From: Eledone cirrhosa
Lineage: Eukaryota
NCBI GenBank assembly: GCA_964016885.1
Contig: OZ024754.1
Span: forward strand, 5,394,001 to 5,458,000
DNA length: 64,000 nt
Direction of reading: 5' to 3'
The position numbers and the translations under genes were made by a program. Positions 29,241 to 43,752 of this stretch are shown in pieces. Below the pieces are notes generated by a model. It was not told where the DNA came from, made no database searches, and saw only the letters and a list, made by a program, of their open reading frames with translations. Within the stretch, counting starts at the first letter, position 1. Each line of letters starts with the position of its first letter.

Positions 29241-29353
29241 TATATATATATATATATATATATACAATAACGTATGTCCATAGAATCATTTGATAAAATA
29301 TATATATACATATATACATATATATATGTGTTCGTGTGTGTGTGTCTGTGTGT

Positions 29354-29393
<40 letters not shown>

Positions 29394-29667
29394 ATCTAAG
29401 ATGTAAGTGTGCGTACGTGGTTGTATGAATCTAAGCATAGTGTTTGCTTTTTTTGTTGTATTTTGTTTTGATTCTTCCTACAAGAAACTATCGAAGCATA
29501 AATATATTCATCTTCCATTGTTTTCTCTCTGGGAATTGATTCTAGATCAACAGAAGCACTAAAGAACTGAAGAACACATGAACTGATTCCTATCATTCGA
29601 TGTATCTATTGCGCAGATCATCGTTATTCTTGGAGCAGGCTTGACCGAATCATCGATGATACCGCTT

Positions 29668-30048
29668 TGGTGGATTGGCAGTATCGGTAGAGGGTCTGAC
29701 GCCATGCTTTGCAGCAAAGAGCTACGGCCCTTTATGGTCTGAGTTCAAATCACGTCGAGGTTAACTCTGCCTTTCCCCCTTACGGGGTCGATAAAATAAA
29801 GTACCAGTAATGCACTGGGATAATTGCTGGCCTTGTGCCAAAAGTAGAAACAATTATTTCCTATTGGCAGTATCGGTAGATGGTTGGACGCCATGCTTTG
29901 ACGCATAGTTACGTCCCATTACTGTCTGAGTTCAAATCCCGTCGAGGTTAACTTTGCCTTTTACTCCTTACGGGGTCGATAAAATAAAGTACCAGTAATG
30001 CACTGGGATAATTGCTGGCCTTGTGCCAAAGGTAGAAACAATTATTTC
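29668..30048 (+). mobile_element. Two tandem SINE family 1 copies
   Basis: Copies at 29668-29858 and 29862-30048, both ending gtagaaacaattatttcct. Confidence 0.9.
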
Positions 30049-30274
30049 CTTACTTCGGTGTCGCTGAGTGATCCTTACCCTAACCTCGGATCAAGTCAAA
30101 TCGTCTGCGTGAAATAGAGTAAATAGAAACTGGTTTGAAACTGTCACATGGTCTCTATCTGTGTTTCAATGTGACAGCCTTGGAAGTGATAAGGCTGTCA
30201 CACTCGATTACAGATGCAGTCCGTACAGATAAGTTATCACTCACCGTGTCGCGCGGAATCTCCCTGAGAACTTA

Positions 30275-30310
<36 letters not shown>

Positions 30311-30829
30311 TTATGTATATACGTATATATTTATGAGTGCGCGTGTGCTTTTATGTGTGTGTATGTGTGCGGTGTGTGGTGGTGGTGGTGGTGGTGGTAG
30401 TAGTGCTGTTGGTGAGGATGATGATGAGGATTAGGAGGAGGAGGATAAGAAGGATTTTGAGGAGGAAGAGGAGGACGAGAAGGAGGGGGGAGGGGAGGAT
30501 AAGAGGTTGAGGGGGAGAGGAGGGGGATGGGGAGCAGGAGGAGATGAATGGGAGGAGGAAGGGGAGGATAAGAGGTTGAGGAGGAGGATAAGAGGTGGAG
30601 CAGGAGGAGAGGAGTAGGATGAGGAAGAGGAGGATGGTTACGAAGAGATAAAATTTTCCTCAATGTTTTGGCAAAAATTTAAAAGAGTCAAATATGTATT
30701 CATATAACACAACAATCTTCCATCTGTCTGTCTCATCATAACATAACAAACTACTACCTCATTCCCCTTCCCTCGGACTCCACATCAACCCTTTCCTCCA
30801 CTCTACCCAGCTATCTTTATCTTGACTAA

Positions 30830-30990
30830 ACCCTTACGTCATTTGACTGCTAGTGGGCAGGCGTGTTGGCGTTCAGGCGGGCGATGGTTGAGGTGTTCAG
30901 GCGAGTGGACGGGCGAACGGATTTGTTTTGACTTCGACTAAGTGAACTCTATTCAGCACTTATCTTGTCACTAGAACTATTCTTCAGTTT
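30830..30990. promoter_or_regulatory. Candidate regulatory/TSS island
   Basis: Unique GC/CpG-rich patch starting with the CRE-like TTACGTCA (30834-41). Confidence 0.25.
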
Positions 30991-31360
30991 ATGCCATCGT
31001 ATTGATTGTGTTGTTGTTGATGTTGTTGTTGTTGTTGAATAGTCCACTTCGAGCAGATGTTTTGTATTCGAGATTCATTTTCATCTAACTCAAAAAACCC
31101 GAGATAGAAATTTTAACTCTTCTGTTTATTTTAATCTATAAAACTATATCTTATTATATTATATATTAAATATTATATATTTATTTATTTGATATATTTT
31201 ATCATATTATATTTTATCGTATTATATATTTATATATATATTTATCTGATAATATATTTTATTATATGTTATTTATTTGATAATATTTTATATTAATTTA
31301 TTGTTGTATATGATATATTATATCTGTTATTTACATGATAATATTTTATCTTATTATATT

Positions 31361-31548
31361 ATGGATTGGCAGTATTGGTAGAGGGTCTGACGCCATTCTT
31401 TGCAGCAAAGAGTTACGGCCCTTTAAGGTCTGAGTTCAAATTCCACCGACGTTAACTTTGCCTTTCATCCTTATGGGGTCGATAAAATAAAGTACCAGTA
31501 ATACACTGGGATAATTGCTGGCCTTGTGTGCTAAAGTAGAAACAATTA
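31361..31548 (+). mobile_element. SINE family 1
   Basis: Full consensus match. Confidence 0.9.
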
Positions 31549-32565
31549 CGTCATAAGTTATATATTAATTTGATAATATTTTATTTTATTATATTATATT
31601 ATGTATATTTATTTATTTCATCATATTATATTTTATTATATTTATTATATCTTATTTATTTAATCGTTTATTTAATTTAATTTAATTTATTTATTCATTT
31701 ATTTTAATTTTATTTATTGTAAATATTTATAATATTTTATTTTATTTTGATTGTGTCTTTTGTTGTTGATGTTTATTTTTCATTCCCTACAACCAAAATA
31801 TTCCCTTCTTGTCATCCAGTCGTGTCATTTTTCTTTCACTCATTCATACAAAATTTAACATGAGAGTAACTGACTCGCTCTGGTAATCCTCCGTAACTAA
31901 CGGACATTCAGGGGCGTCATTCTTTAGGATATATTTTTTCTTATCAATTTGGCGATTATTAATCATATCATTTATCATACTACATCATGGAGTGGCAAGA
32001 AATGGAATATAGTGCACCTCCGTCAGTTTCGACTATCACTGTTCCAGTTGTTTGATAACTTTCAGCCAGTATTGGCCCAGGCCATGTCTAACTTAATAGC
32101 ACCTTCAGTATTAACTAAACACTCTTGCCATAATAACACATTTAGAACTGCTTATCTTCAAGAACTATGCCTGTAAATAATATTATTTTTTCTTTCCCAT
32201 TACTTTATCATGTTTCACATTACCCCACCCTTTTTTTTCTTATCACTTAGAAAAGCTTGTTTTAAATAATATTATTCTTTCTTCACCATTTCCTTAACAT
32301 GTTCAACATCACCAACATTTTACACCAATACAAATTCCCCCTTTGATAATGCATAAAATGCTGAAACCGGTAATAGACAATTATTATATATATAAATAAA
32401 TAAATAAAGACCATTGTTAATTAATAAATAAATTAACTAATAACTTAACACTTCACACAAAGTAAAATATTTTGTTTTAAACATTTTCTAACCCAGAATA
32501 AAGAGAGAAAAATAAAAGGGAAAAAAATATATTTTTCTTCCTAATAATTGTCTTTTTCTCCCTAT

Positions 32566-32661
<96 letters not shown>

Positions 32662-33011
32662 GTGTGTGTGAATAGATATGCATAAAGGCATATATGTGTG
32701 CATATATGCTTGAGTGTTATGCATGCGTTTGTATCACACTGTTACATGACTATGTACGACAGCATGTGTCATGACTGTCTCTTTTATTGAGAGATAAAGT
32801 CCATCTTATATCATAAAGTAAGTGTCTTGCTCAAGGATACGACACGCCAACAGAAATCGAACTTACAATCATGTTCCTAATTAAAAAAATGTTCATACCA
32901 TTGACTTCAATATTGTCCACAAGGAACTAAATATAATACAGAAGGTGCAATGCAGAAAGTAAAATGTGGTGATATAAATACGATAGTGAATCCTCACTCA
33001 GTTTGAACACT

Positions 33012-33258
33012 CAATCGTTGGATCAACTGAGCGTCCGACTCGTGACTTAACTCTTAATCGTTAGATCAACTGAACGCTCGTCTCATGAATTAACAGTTAA
33101 TCGTTGGATCAACTGAACCTCTGACTCGTGAATTAACACTTAATCGTTGGATCAACTGAACCTCTGACTCATGAATTAACATTTAATCGTTGGATCAACT
33201 GAACCTCTGACTCATGAATTAACATTTAATCGTTAGATCAACACAACCTCAGATTCGT
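33012..33258. repeat. 43-bp minisatellite, ~5.7 copies
   Basis: Unit taatcgttggatcaactgaacctctgactcatgaattaacatt at 33055, 33098, 33141, 33184 and 33227. Confidence 0.9.
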
Positions 33259-33332
33259 GAAAAAGAAATCTAACGTTTATAAAATTTCAAATTTTGCCAA
33301 TGCTTCAAAAACTAACCAAAATGCGAGATATG

Positions 33333-33363
<31 letters not shown>

Positions 33364-33866
33364 GCGTGTCTGTGTTTGTGTCTATGTGTATGTGTGTGTG
33401 TGTCCATGTGTGTATATGTGTGTGTGTGTGAGCCTGTGTATAAGCGTCACATCTAAGAACTTCCCCACTCTATCTCTCTCTTTCTCTCTCTCTCTATATA
33501 TATATAAGCGTGTGTGTGTACGCATATATGTATGGATATATGTATATATATATATATTTATATACATATATATATATGAACCTTTTGATGAATCAAATCT
33601 AGCTATACTAAACCAAGTGACTTTAACAGATGAAGGTGAAACAATGATAGAAAGAATGTGGAGCTAAGGAAAATCCTGCAGCAAACTGATGGAATTAAAT
33701 ATGTTAAAATATATAGAAAACATATTAAAAACAATAATAACATTTATCTAACACTATGAAAAAATATAATATAAGATTATAAACTATAATAAAGACGAAT
33801 GAAGATTTAGAAAAGTAGATATACAGTAGACATAAAAAATGAACGAATCTATACTGCTACTACAAT

Positions 33867-33927
<61 letters not shown>

Positions 33928-34018
33928 GCTGCTGCTTCTGCTACTGCTGCTGCTACTACTACTACTGCTATTGCTGCTGCTGCTGCTGCTGCTGCTACTA
34001 CTACTACTGCTACTCCTC

Positions 34019-34200
34019 ATAATAATTGTTTCTAATTTTGGAACAAGGCCAGCAATTACCCTAGTGCATTACTGGTACTTTATTTTATCGACCCCCTAAG
34101 GATGAAAGACTGAATTAACCTAGGCGGGATTTGAACTCAGACCGTAAAGGGGCGTAACTCTATGTTGGAAAGCATGGTGTCAGACCCTCTACCGATACTA
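34019..34200 (-). mobile_element. SINE family 1
   Basis: Reverse-complement consensus match. Confidence 0.9.
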
Positions 34201-34427
34201 ATAATAATAATGATTTCTTTATTAAGAACAAGGTTCTACATAAAGAAAAACATTAAGGACGGCACAGGACGGTGTAAATATAGGTTTCTGCGTGTATAAA
34301 AGGAAGCTCAAAAACACTAAACCATAGCAATACAAAAATGTCTGTGTGTGTATATATATATGTGTGTATGTGTGTGTATGTATGTAAGTGCGTGCATTTG
34401 TATGGGTGGGTGGAGGTGGATGGATAG

Positions 34428-34475
<48 letters not shown>

Positions 34476-34553
34476 AATGTAACGTCCAGTTGTTACTGTA
34501 GGTTCACCAGCTTTTGATTCCAGAGTCGGGCTAGATCGATACAGATCGAACCG

Positions 34554-34625
34554 TGAGCTGATCAATAGCGAAACGCGCGTCACTACTCAATAAACGTAAT
34601 GAAGACATAACAAATCGTCATTTTT
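34554..34625 (+). mobile_element. Truncated hammerhead (PLE pLTR remnant)
   Basis: TGA-GCT gatcaat AGC-GAAA (34570-73)-CGCGCG-TC followed by aataaa. The 5' half of the core is missing. Confidence 0.55.
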
Positions 34626-34702
34626 ATTATACGGGGTCGATAAAATAAAGTACCAGTAATACACTTTGTAATTGCTGGCCTTGTGCCAAAAGTAGAAACA
34701 AT

Positions 34703-34736
<34 letters not shown>

Positions 34737-35150
34737 CTTATGAGTATTTGTGTATATGAAACTGCTGTAATGATGATGATGATGATGATGATAATAATAA
34801 TAATGATAGTAATAATAATAATATTAACAATATATTTAAGATAATAATAACGTACGAATTTTGTAAGAAGATTTAAGTTTCCAACGTTGTTTTAAGACAT
34901 GACGGTAAGTTTTCTTAAGACTTGACGGTTGGTTTAAAGTCTTGGAGGTAGGTTTAAAGTCTGAAGGAATGTAAGCTTAAGACTTTGCAGGTAAGTTTAA
35001 AATATAACACTGAAATCGAACAACAACAAAAACAACTACTATAAAAACAATAACAACTACAACAATTAGGATAATATTAAAAGTAGAAATATGAAGAACT
35101 ATCGCAAAAATATCATCAACATAATAAGGAAAAACATAGACAAGAACCAT

Positions 35151-35186
<36 letters not shown>

Positions 35187-35406
35187 AACAAAGACATCAA
35201 CAATAACAAAATAAAACAGAAATATCAAATGAAGAAGAAGAAAAATAAGTAAGAAAGTGAATCCCAACGAATTTATGCTCTCACACACACACTTCACACA
35301 CCACACACATACACCGCACACATACAGGCGTAATTAGACGTATATGCATATATAACATAGATGGTGATGGTGGTGGTGATGTTGATGATGATGAAATTAT
35401 TATTAC

Positions 35407-35452
<46 letters not shown>

Positions 35453-35550
35453 AAAAAGAAATAATAATTATTATTCTTGATGATAACAACAACGACGACA
35501 ACAATTATTATGAGTTCCTTATTTGCCCCAAGGGCACAAAGATGATGGTT

Positions 35551-35628
<78 letters not shown>

Positions 35629-36180
35629 TGCATCAAACAATATTAGATATGGAAGAGTGAGAGTTAGAGGGGAAGATAGAATGATGAATACAAGGAGGGT
35701 AAAAAACCACCGAAAACAAAAAAAATATATATAGGGACAAATAAACCCTTCAGAAATCACAGCGTGGCACATAAGCATAGAAATAGCGGATCAGTGAGCA
35801 GAGAGGGTATAAAATAGGTTTTAAAAGAGTTGTTTGTTTTTAGGGGGGGGGGGGAGTTTGCGAGAAAGATTTCCAGGTAAATATTATTGTTTGAGGTTAT
35901 GGATTGAGATATAGAAGGGTTTTTCACCAAAAAGCCGTAACATTGTAACAAAAGAAAGGATGACAAATCCACAATATAAAGAATGAAGTGTTCGAAATGG
36001 TGAAATAAACGATGAAATAAGGCAGAAATGTAAAATATAAAGAAACGTGAAGCAATACATTAAAAACAAAACTGAAACAACGATAAATACACAAGGGAAA
36101 TAATACAACAAATACAAGAAAGTGAACATGTAAAGATGAAGGAGAGAAAGTGAAAGTAGATTTAGATATATGTATTGTAC

Positions 36181-36271
<91 letters not shown>

Positions 36272-36381
36272 TATATATATTTGTATATATATTTATATAT
36301 GTATTTATATATATTATATATGTATATATATATACACATATATATATATATATGAATATATATATATATATATATATGTTA

Positions 36382-36441
<60 letters not shown>

Positions 36442-36443
36442 GA

Positions 36444-36531
<88 letters not shown>

Positions 36532-36859
36532 CCACACAACAAACATGCATACATACATATTTGGATATATAGACGTGTATACAAAGAAACGCATGTAAAA
36601 AGGGAATTATACAGGAAGAAAAATAACAAAAGAAACGACTCCACAAAATAATGGAGGGATAAAAAACAAATAGGTGGAAATTAATAAAAAAAAACAAAAC
36701 ATTAACATGGGGAAGACTTGAAAGCTGGAAGAACAACACAAAAAAAAACATGGACGGAAAAATACATAAATAAACAACATAAAAAAATAAAGAAAAGGAA
36801 ATTGGTGATGTGAGGTGAAGTATTATTAGATGAGGGAGAAGATTTAGGTTGCAGTGGTT

Positions 36860-37010
36860 TAAGCGAGGGCCGAAAGTCGTAGTTTATGGTTGTGTGTATT
36901 TTACAATGTATTTTTCTACTTCGTGTCACAGAAATCTCCAGTCAGCCATTTTGAAGTGGAAGGGATAATCGGCCGTCTTCAAAAGTGTTTTGTGGATTAG
37001 GTGTGTGTGT
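36860..37010 (-). promoter_or_regulatory. Candidate promoter/first-exon region
   Basis: Minus strand has two YY1-like motifs (gaagacggccg, caaaatggctg) in a unique CpG-containing patch, plus a short ORF MADWRFL*. Confidence 0.3.
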
Positions 37011-37592
37011 GTGTGTGGCTCAGTCTTTCCACCCCCCTCACCACCGTACTATACTATCATTTCTTCCCTTCCTTCATGTCACTCTCTTCATCTCCTTAAA
37101 CTCACATACCCTAATGCACCGAATGTTATTTTTCTTTTCTTGATTTTTGTTTGTATTTTGTTGCTATATATTTTCCTGACGAGAAATTCTTTGTTACCAA
37201 TAGAAAATTATAAACAATACTACTAACAACGATAATACTAACCATATATATATTAACTACGTACCGGGTCATTTTTGGTAAGAGACAATAACCATCCATT
37301 GAAACTCATAGTTAAGTAATATTCCACGTATCATCATAATAATGTATAAATTATATCAATTTCCCCTTCACCCCTCCCCTCTCTTCTACGACACCAGACC
37401 TCTTGCCATCCCCACCTTCCCGTTCTTTTTCTTCTTCCTTTCTCTCTTTTTTTTAAAATATGTATCCCTATTCTTTCTTTTCTTTTCTTTTCTTTTCTTT
37501 TCTTTTCTTTTCTTTTCTTTTCTTTTCCCTTTTTTATTATTTCTTCGTTTGTATATTACAATCGTTAATAAATTTCTCAGTTATAAAAATAA

Positions 37593-37626
<34 letters not shown>

Positions 37627-38409
37627 CTTTAAAGCGATGAAATACCAATGAAGGCTGGAAGATCACTGATGAAGGATTAATTTTATTCATTTGTAACCCA
37701 TTTGCAACCACGCAGCACGCCATTTTTTCATATATATATATATATATATATCATATTTCATAATTATTTCTACTTTAGGCACAAGACCAGCAATTACCCA
37801 GTGCATTACTGGTACTTTATTATATATCATATTTCATAATAAATCACAATTATGGAGCTTCTATTGGAGAGCAAAAATAAAGTAATTATGGAGCTTCTAT
37901 TGGAGAGCAAAAATAAAGTAATTTTACATTATTTAGTTACACTCCGCCAAATGATTTTATTATTTAAAAATTTAGCTGAAACACACTTTAGGTCTATACT
38001 TCATTAGAAATATAATAATATGATGTTTAAATAAGCACTTGATCAACTAGGAATTAAAAGCTGTTGAATTCTTCTCCCGGATTGCTGTATTTGGTAGAGG
38101 AAATCACAATATTTTAATGCAAGAGCATGAACTCAGTATTAATAATCAAAATTTGTTCGTATGAGACCTCAGAACGTTTCTCTACTCAGAATCGAAATTT
38201 GTCCGAGTTCATTTTCGACTTTGATCCATTCGAAGTCGATAAATAAAAACCAGTACTTGACTGGTAATGTATTCTATCAACCACGGTAGAATGGAAGTTA
38301 AATTCGACTTTGGTAGGTCTTGAACTCACAACGTTAATAGGCGGAATATATAACACTAAGAATTTGTCCGATGTTTTAATGATTCTGCCAATTCTACGGC
38401 CTGATGGTG

Positions 38410-38471
<62 letters not shown>

Positions 38472-38487
38472 AATGTACATATGAATA

Positions 38488-38531
<44 letters not shown>

Positions 38532-38746
38532 CTATGTGTATATGTATATATATATAAAGAGAGACGAGGGAGAATAAGAGAGAGAGCGGGAGAGAGAGAG
38601 AGAGGCAGACAGTCAGAAAGCTTTGGAATTGTACAATATGCACTTTTACGAAATACAACTTCGGTAATATATGTTATATGAGAGGATGCTTTTAACAATT
38701 TTTTATATATATATATATATAGTTATATATATATATATATATATAT

Positions 38747-38783
<37 letters not shown>

Positions 38784-38788
38784 GAGAG

Positions 38789-38840
<52 letters not shown>

Positions 38841-38962
38841 CATCCTGTGAAAATACACTTCAAGTGTGTGTAAGGAAATTTAATATTTCTTTTCAGATTT
38901 TATATTTTCCCATTCCTAATTTTGCTGTCAACCTATTTTACATGTCATATTTTCTCCTATTA

Positions 38963-39097
<135 letters not shown>

Positions 39098-39257
39098 CAC
39101 AAACGAAACAATATGCATATATATACAGAGACATTATCACGTATTAATATTGCAATACACGTTCACACAGTCTATGCTCTTTCTCTTCTTCCCCTTCTTT
39201 CGCTCTCTTCAGACAAAGCCACATACACACATGCATATATATATATACATATATATA

Positions 39258-39351
<94 letters not shown>

Positions 39352-39477
39352 CTGCATTCTACCGCGTAGTGAATAGTTGACTTCCACTATTATAGGCTTT
39401 CTGATGAAGTGTAATAAATGATTAAGTATTGCATATGATTGAACAATATATATTGTAGTCAGCATATGTAGACAATT

Positions 39478-39669
39478 ATAATTGTTTCTACTTTTGGCAC
39501 AAGGCTAGCAATTATTCCAGTGTATTACTGGTGCTTTATTTTATCGACCCCGTAAGGATGAAAGGCAAAGTTAACCTCAGCGGTATTTGAATTCAGACCA
39601 TAAAGGGCCATATCTCTGTGCTGCAAGCATGGTGTCAGACCCTCTACCGATAATGCCAATCCCCCACCA
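39478..39669 (-). mobile_element. SINE family 1 with ~18-bp TSD
   Basis: Flanked by tatgtaga(c/g)aattataat. Confidence 0.9.
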
Positions 39670-39788
39670 CTATGTAGAGAATTATAATAGACACAGAAAC
39701 ATATGTTATAGCAATAAATTCCTATTCTCCTTCACGCTGACGTTTTATTTTTCTTGGTGCAAAACCTGCTTATATATATATATATATA

Positions 39789-39880
<92 letters not shown>

Positions 39881-40483
39881 TGTGTTGAAATTTTTCTTTC
39901 AGTTGGGAGAATGAGGCTTATAACCGGTAGAATAGGGCGTTCATTGTATTGCTACCCTAGGGCCCAAAACACCTAGTCACCGGCTCTATAAACTGCACAA
40001 CATCTTTTAAATTACTTCTTGGTAATTAAGAAAGAATTAGTGTTAACATATAAAATAATTCATATCAATCTCCTTCTCTTTATGACTGTCTAAATCTGAA
40101 TGATGAGTAAATTAGTTTCGCTCAAGGTAAGTGTAATATAGTATATACAGAAATCTGCCATTATTAGTTTCTTCCTACTCATTGTAGAAATATAATTAGT
40201 TAAAAACTATTTGCCAATATAATATAATATAATATAATATAATATAATATAATATTGTATTATATTATATTATATTATATAATGTAATATAATATAATAT
40301 AGCTATAGTTATATGTTTCTTTTTTTTAACCTTGAGCAAGATATTGAAAATAAACAAATGAATAGAATAGAAATAAAAGAAAATACCTGATGAAAAGATC
40401 TCTTTATTGGTTTAAATTATGATAGCAAACAACATAGCAAGATAATTAGAAACATTAGATTACATACATACACACACACACGC

Positions 40484-40558
<75 letters not shown>

Positions 40559-41182
40559 GATGATGGGGGGGGGGGGGGGGGCTTATATAAAACAAATATA
40601 ATAACCGCCGGCTGTATTAATCAAACCTAACACATCAATCCGCCATTTATGATTATTATCATTGCTAGTGAAGCCGCCATCATTATACTCATCATCATCA
40701 TCAGCATCATCATCATCATCGTCGTCGTCATCGTTATTACCATCATCACCCCCCCCAACATCAAATTTGCCAGGACTACCATTGCCACTAGCACCACCAC
40801 CGTCACCATCATCACCATCATTACCATCATCAACATCATTACCATCATCACCATCATTATCATCATCATCATCATTAGCATCATCATTAGCATCATCATC
40901 CACGTCGCCGTTCTCGAGTCATCTTCTCCGATGTGTGGAACACAATTGAGCGCACTTTCTATGTCTAAGGTTTTGGGCTTATTGCAAACACTACCAGACC
41001 CAAATTGTTTGGGAATTTTGGGGATAGAGACTTTAAAATATGACACACCACCACACCACTCACTGCTCCTTCACAGTAGAACTTTCACATCTTCAATCCG
41101 GAGAAGAACTAGTCAGATTTTATCTAAATACTGTAAAAAAGATATAAAATATTTAAATCATGGATACGTAGCTACAATGATT

Positions 41183-41535
41183 TAAACAAATATTGTTATA
41201 CTTAGGGAGGGTCATATTGTTGTAATAATATTGCCAGAATTAATAACAGAACACATTCACTGTTTGGTTGGTTTTCGATTCTGTATCTTTTATATCTCCA
41301 TAGTTAATTTATTTGGCAATCGATGTTTATCATTTGACTGACCAACGGTTAAAAATACAGATATATATATATAAATATATATATATATAGTCTAACAAAA
41401 TTCTTTCTTTGCACATCTGCAACATCATCAGTGGTACTATTATCATGTTCCCTCCTATTGTATTGAAATGTTTACGCCATTTTTATTTGTTTCGACACAC
41501 GATTTCATTATAAAATCTTTGCAAAACAAATTCAT
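41183..41535. mobile_element. Family A element, internally inverted
   Basis: 41183-41485 is on minus (CTGATGA at 41431-41425, stem II TTGCA-gatg-TGCAA). The element tail tgtttcgacacacgatttc... continues on plus from ~41488. Confidence 0.7.
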
Positions 41536-41719
41536 CGCCGTCACGATATAAACAAATATTACTGAAATCATTGAAATTCCTGTTTTTACTGTAAACATCT
41601 GAGATTATTTTCCTGAGTCAAATTGGTGGATTTTTTTTATGGGCCACATTTTTTTATTAGCCACAAGTGTCATATATTTCCTGTGACGTTTTTCTTGTGA
41701 CTATATTATTCACCCTTTA

Positions 41720-42345
41720 TCCTCGTGACATTTTCCCTGTGGTATATTCTCTGTGGTATATATTGTGATATATTTTCTCTGGTATATACAGTATTGTGGT
41801 ATATTTTCTCTGGTATATATAATATGTGACATATTTTCTCTGGTATATAGTCTGACATTTACCTCTGGTATATTCCCTGTGGTATATTTTCTGTGACATT
41901 TCCCTGTGGTATATTCCCCGTGACATTTCCCTGTGGTATATTCCCTGTGATATTTTCCTGTGGTATATTCCCTGTGACATTTTCTCTGGTATATATTCCC
42001 TGCGACATTTCCCTGTGACATTTCCCTCTGGTATATATTCTGTGACATTTCCCTGTGGTATGTTCCTTGTGACATTTTCCTGTGGTATATTCTCTGTGGT
42101 ATATAATGTGACATATTTTCTGTGGTATATTCCCTGTGACATTTTATATGATATATTCCCTGTGATATTTCTCTGTGGTATATTTCCTGTGACATTTTCT
42201 CTGGTATATTCCCTCTGACATTTTCCTGTGGTATATTCCCTGTGACTCTTCCAGTGGTATATTCTCTGAGACATTTTCCTGTAGTATATTCCCCGTGACA
42301 TTTCCCTTGTGACATATTTCTGTGACATGTTTTCTGTGACATGTT
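41720..42345. repeat. Minisatellite, ~26-28-bp unit
   Basis: Degenerate repeats of tgtggtatattccctgtgacatttcc. Confidence 0.9.
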
Positions 42346-42876
42346 TTTTTAACCTTTTTTTACCTATAAGTTTGTTTGTTTTTTTTCTGTGAAAATGTCC
42401 TGTTATGTTTTCTCTGCCTTGAGCCTTGTAACTTATTATCCTACACAAACTTTTGACTATATTCTATGAAATTTTTTAATGTGATTATATTTCCGTCCAC
42501 CCCCAACTCTATATTACTAATAACGACTTTTGACAAAATTTGAGGTAGAGGTGATGGGGTTCAGTGCTGGGTTAACAAGATAAGAATAGGGAGGGGAATG
42601 ATTTTGCGCTACGTTGTTGCCTTAAGTGTATTACATCTAAATCGGATTAAAAACTTCAGTTGAATTAATTTCTAATTGTTTTGTTTTTTTACCATTCCAC
42701 TGCACACTTTTGTACTAATAATATGTTATTAATTAGACAGGAAGACAAGACAGTGGGTTGGTAGAAACATGAGAGGGCCGGACAAAATACTTTGAGCTAT
42801 CTATTCTGTCTGGCTCATGAATTGATTTCAAATCCCAATTTGCCTTTCATCGTCCTGCCGTTTCATAATATATATA

Positions 42877-42977
42877 TAGGGTGTCCTCCAAAAATGTATA
42901 CATACTTTGATTACCTGTACAGGCAATATTTATTAGAATGCTGTTGAAGTATGTATACATTTTGGGGGGACACCCTG
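42877..42977. mobile_element. Tc1/mariner-type MITE, best copy
   Basis: TA-(c/t)agggtgtcctccaaaaatgtatacatactt...aagtatgtatacattttgggggacaccctg-TA. Confidence 0.85.
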
Positions 42978-43291
42978 TATATCTTTATATATATAAAAAT
43001 ATTAGAAAAATGGAGTGCTGCGTGGTTGCACATGGGTTACATATGAATAAAATTAGTCCTTCATCAGTGATTTTCCAACCTTCATTGGTATTTCATCGCT
43101 TTAAAAATCATATACCTCTAGTTGGTGCGAGCAATAGCTAAATAAAGCTATTGGGACAAGTAATATAGCTTGAAGCGAGCGAGACAAGTAAACAAACATA
43201 TAAGGTATAGCAACGGAAAGATAGGAAGAAACAAGTCCATGATATCTATTAAGCTTAAGCTTGGTGCATTCATAGGCGAGAGAGATATACA

Positions 43292-43411
<120 letters not shown>

Positions 43412-43624
43412 GCTGAACAAACAAGCTGAAACCACTTGGCACCGTGGTCTGGATTTTCCCTATCTCCCTCTCACAAGTTAACAAAAGGTCTTTTTCAGAC
43501 AAGCGCCATATGACCTGTAATTCCAGCTCTAGGAATAAATCCGAGCATTTAATATAAAATTAGACTTGATATTCTTATTATTGTTGGTAATATAAATATG
43601 CTCCTAAATATTATTTAGTAGAGC

Positions 43625-43752
43625 TGATGAGTTTCTGAGTTCAAATCCCGCCGAAGTTGACTTTGCCTTTCATCCTTACGGGGTCGATAAAATAAAGTAC
43701 CAGTAATGAACTGGGTAATTGCTGGCCTTGTGCCTAAAGTAGAAACAATTAT
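43625..43752 (+). mobile_element. 5'-truncated SINE family 1 with 15-bp TSD
   Basis: attatttagtagagc at 43610-43624 and 43748-43762. Confidence 0.9.

Noticed and set aside
33012-33258. CRISPR-like regular array (also 62353-62597)
   Set aside because: Head-to-tail tandem units with no unique spacers, in a eukaryotic context with no cas genes.
37666-37700. Isolated CTGATGA (also ~39401, ~40387, ~43624)
   Set aside because: No properly placed GAAA/stem III/UH with stem I pairing.
40627-41046. ORF with a non-repetitive N-terminus (SYFKVSIPK...)
   Set aside because: Non-ATG start, runs into a (GAT)n repeat, no recognisable homology.
41710-42448. 200-240 aa ORFs with CHREYTTGK repeats (zinc-finger-like look)
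   Set aside because: Product of a ~27-bp minisatellite, open in multiple frames, with no C2H2 spacing.
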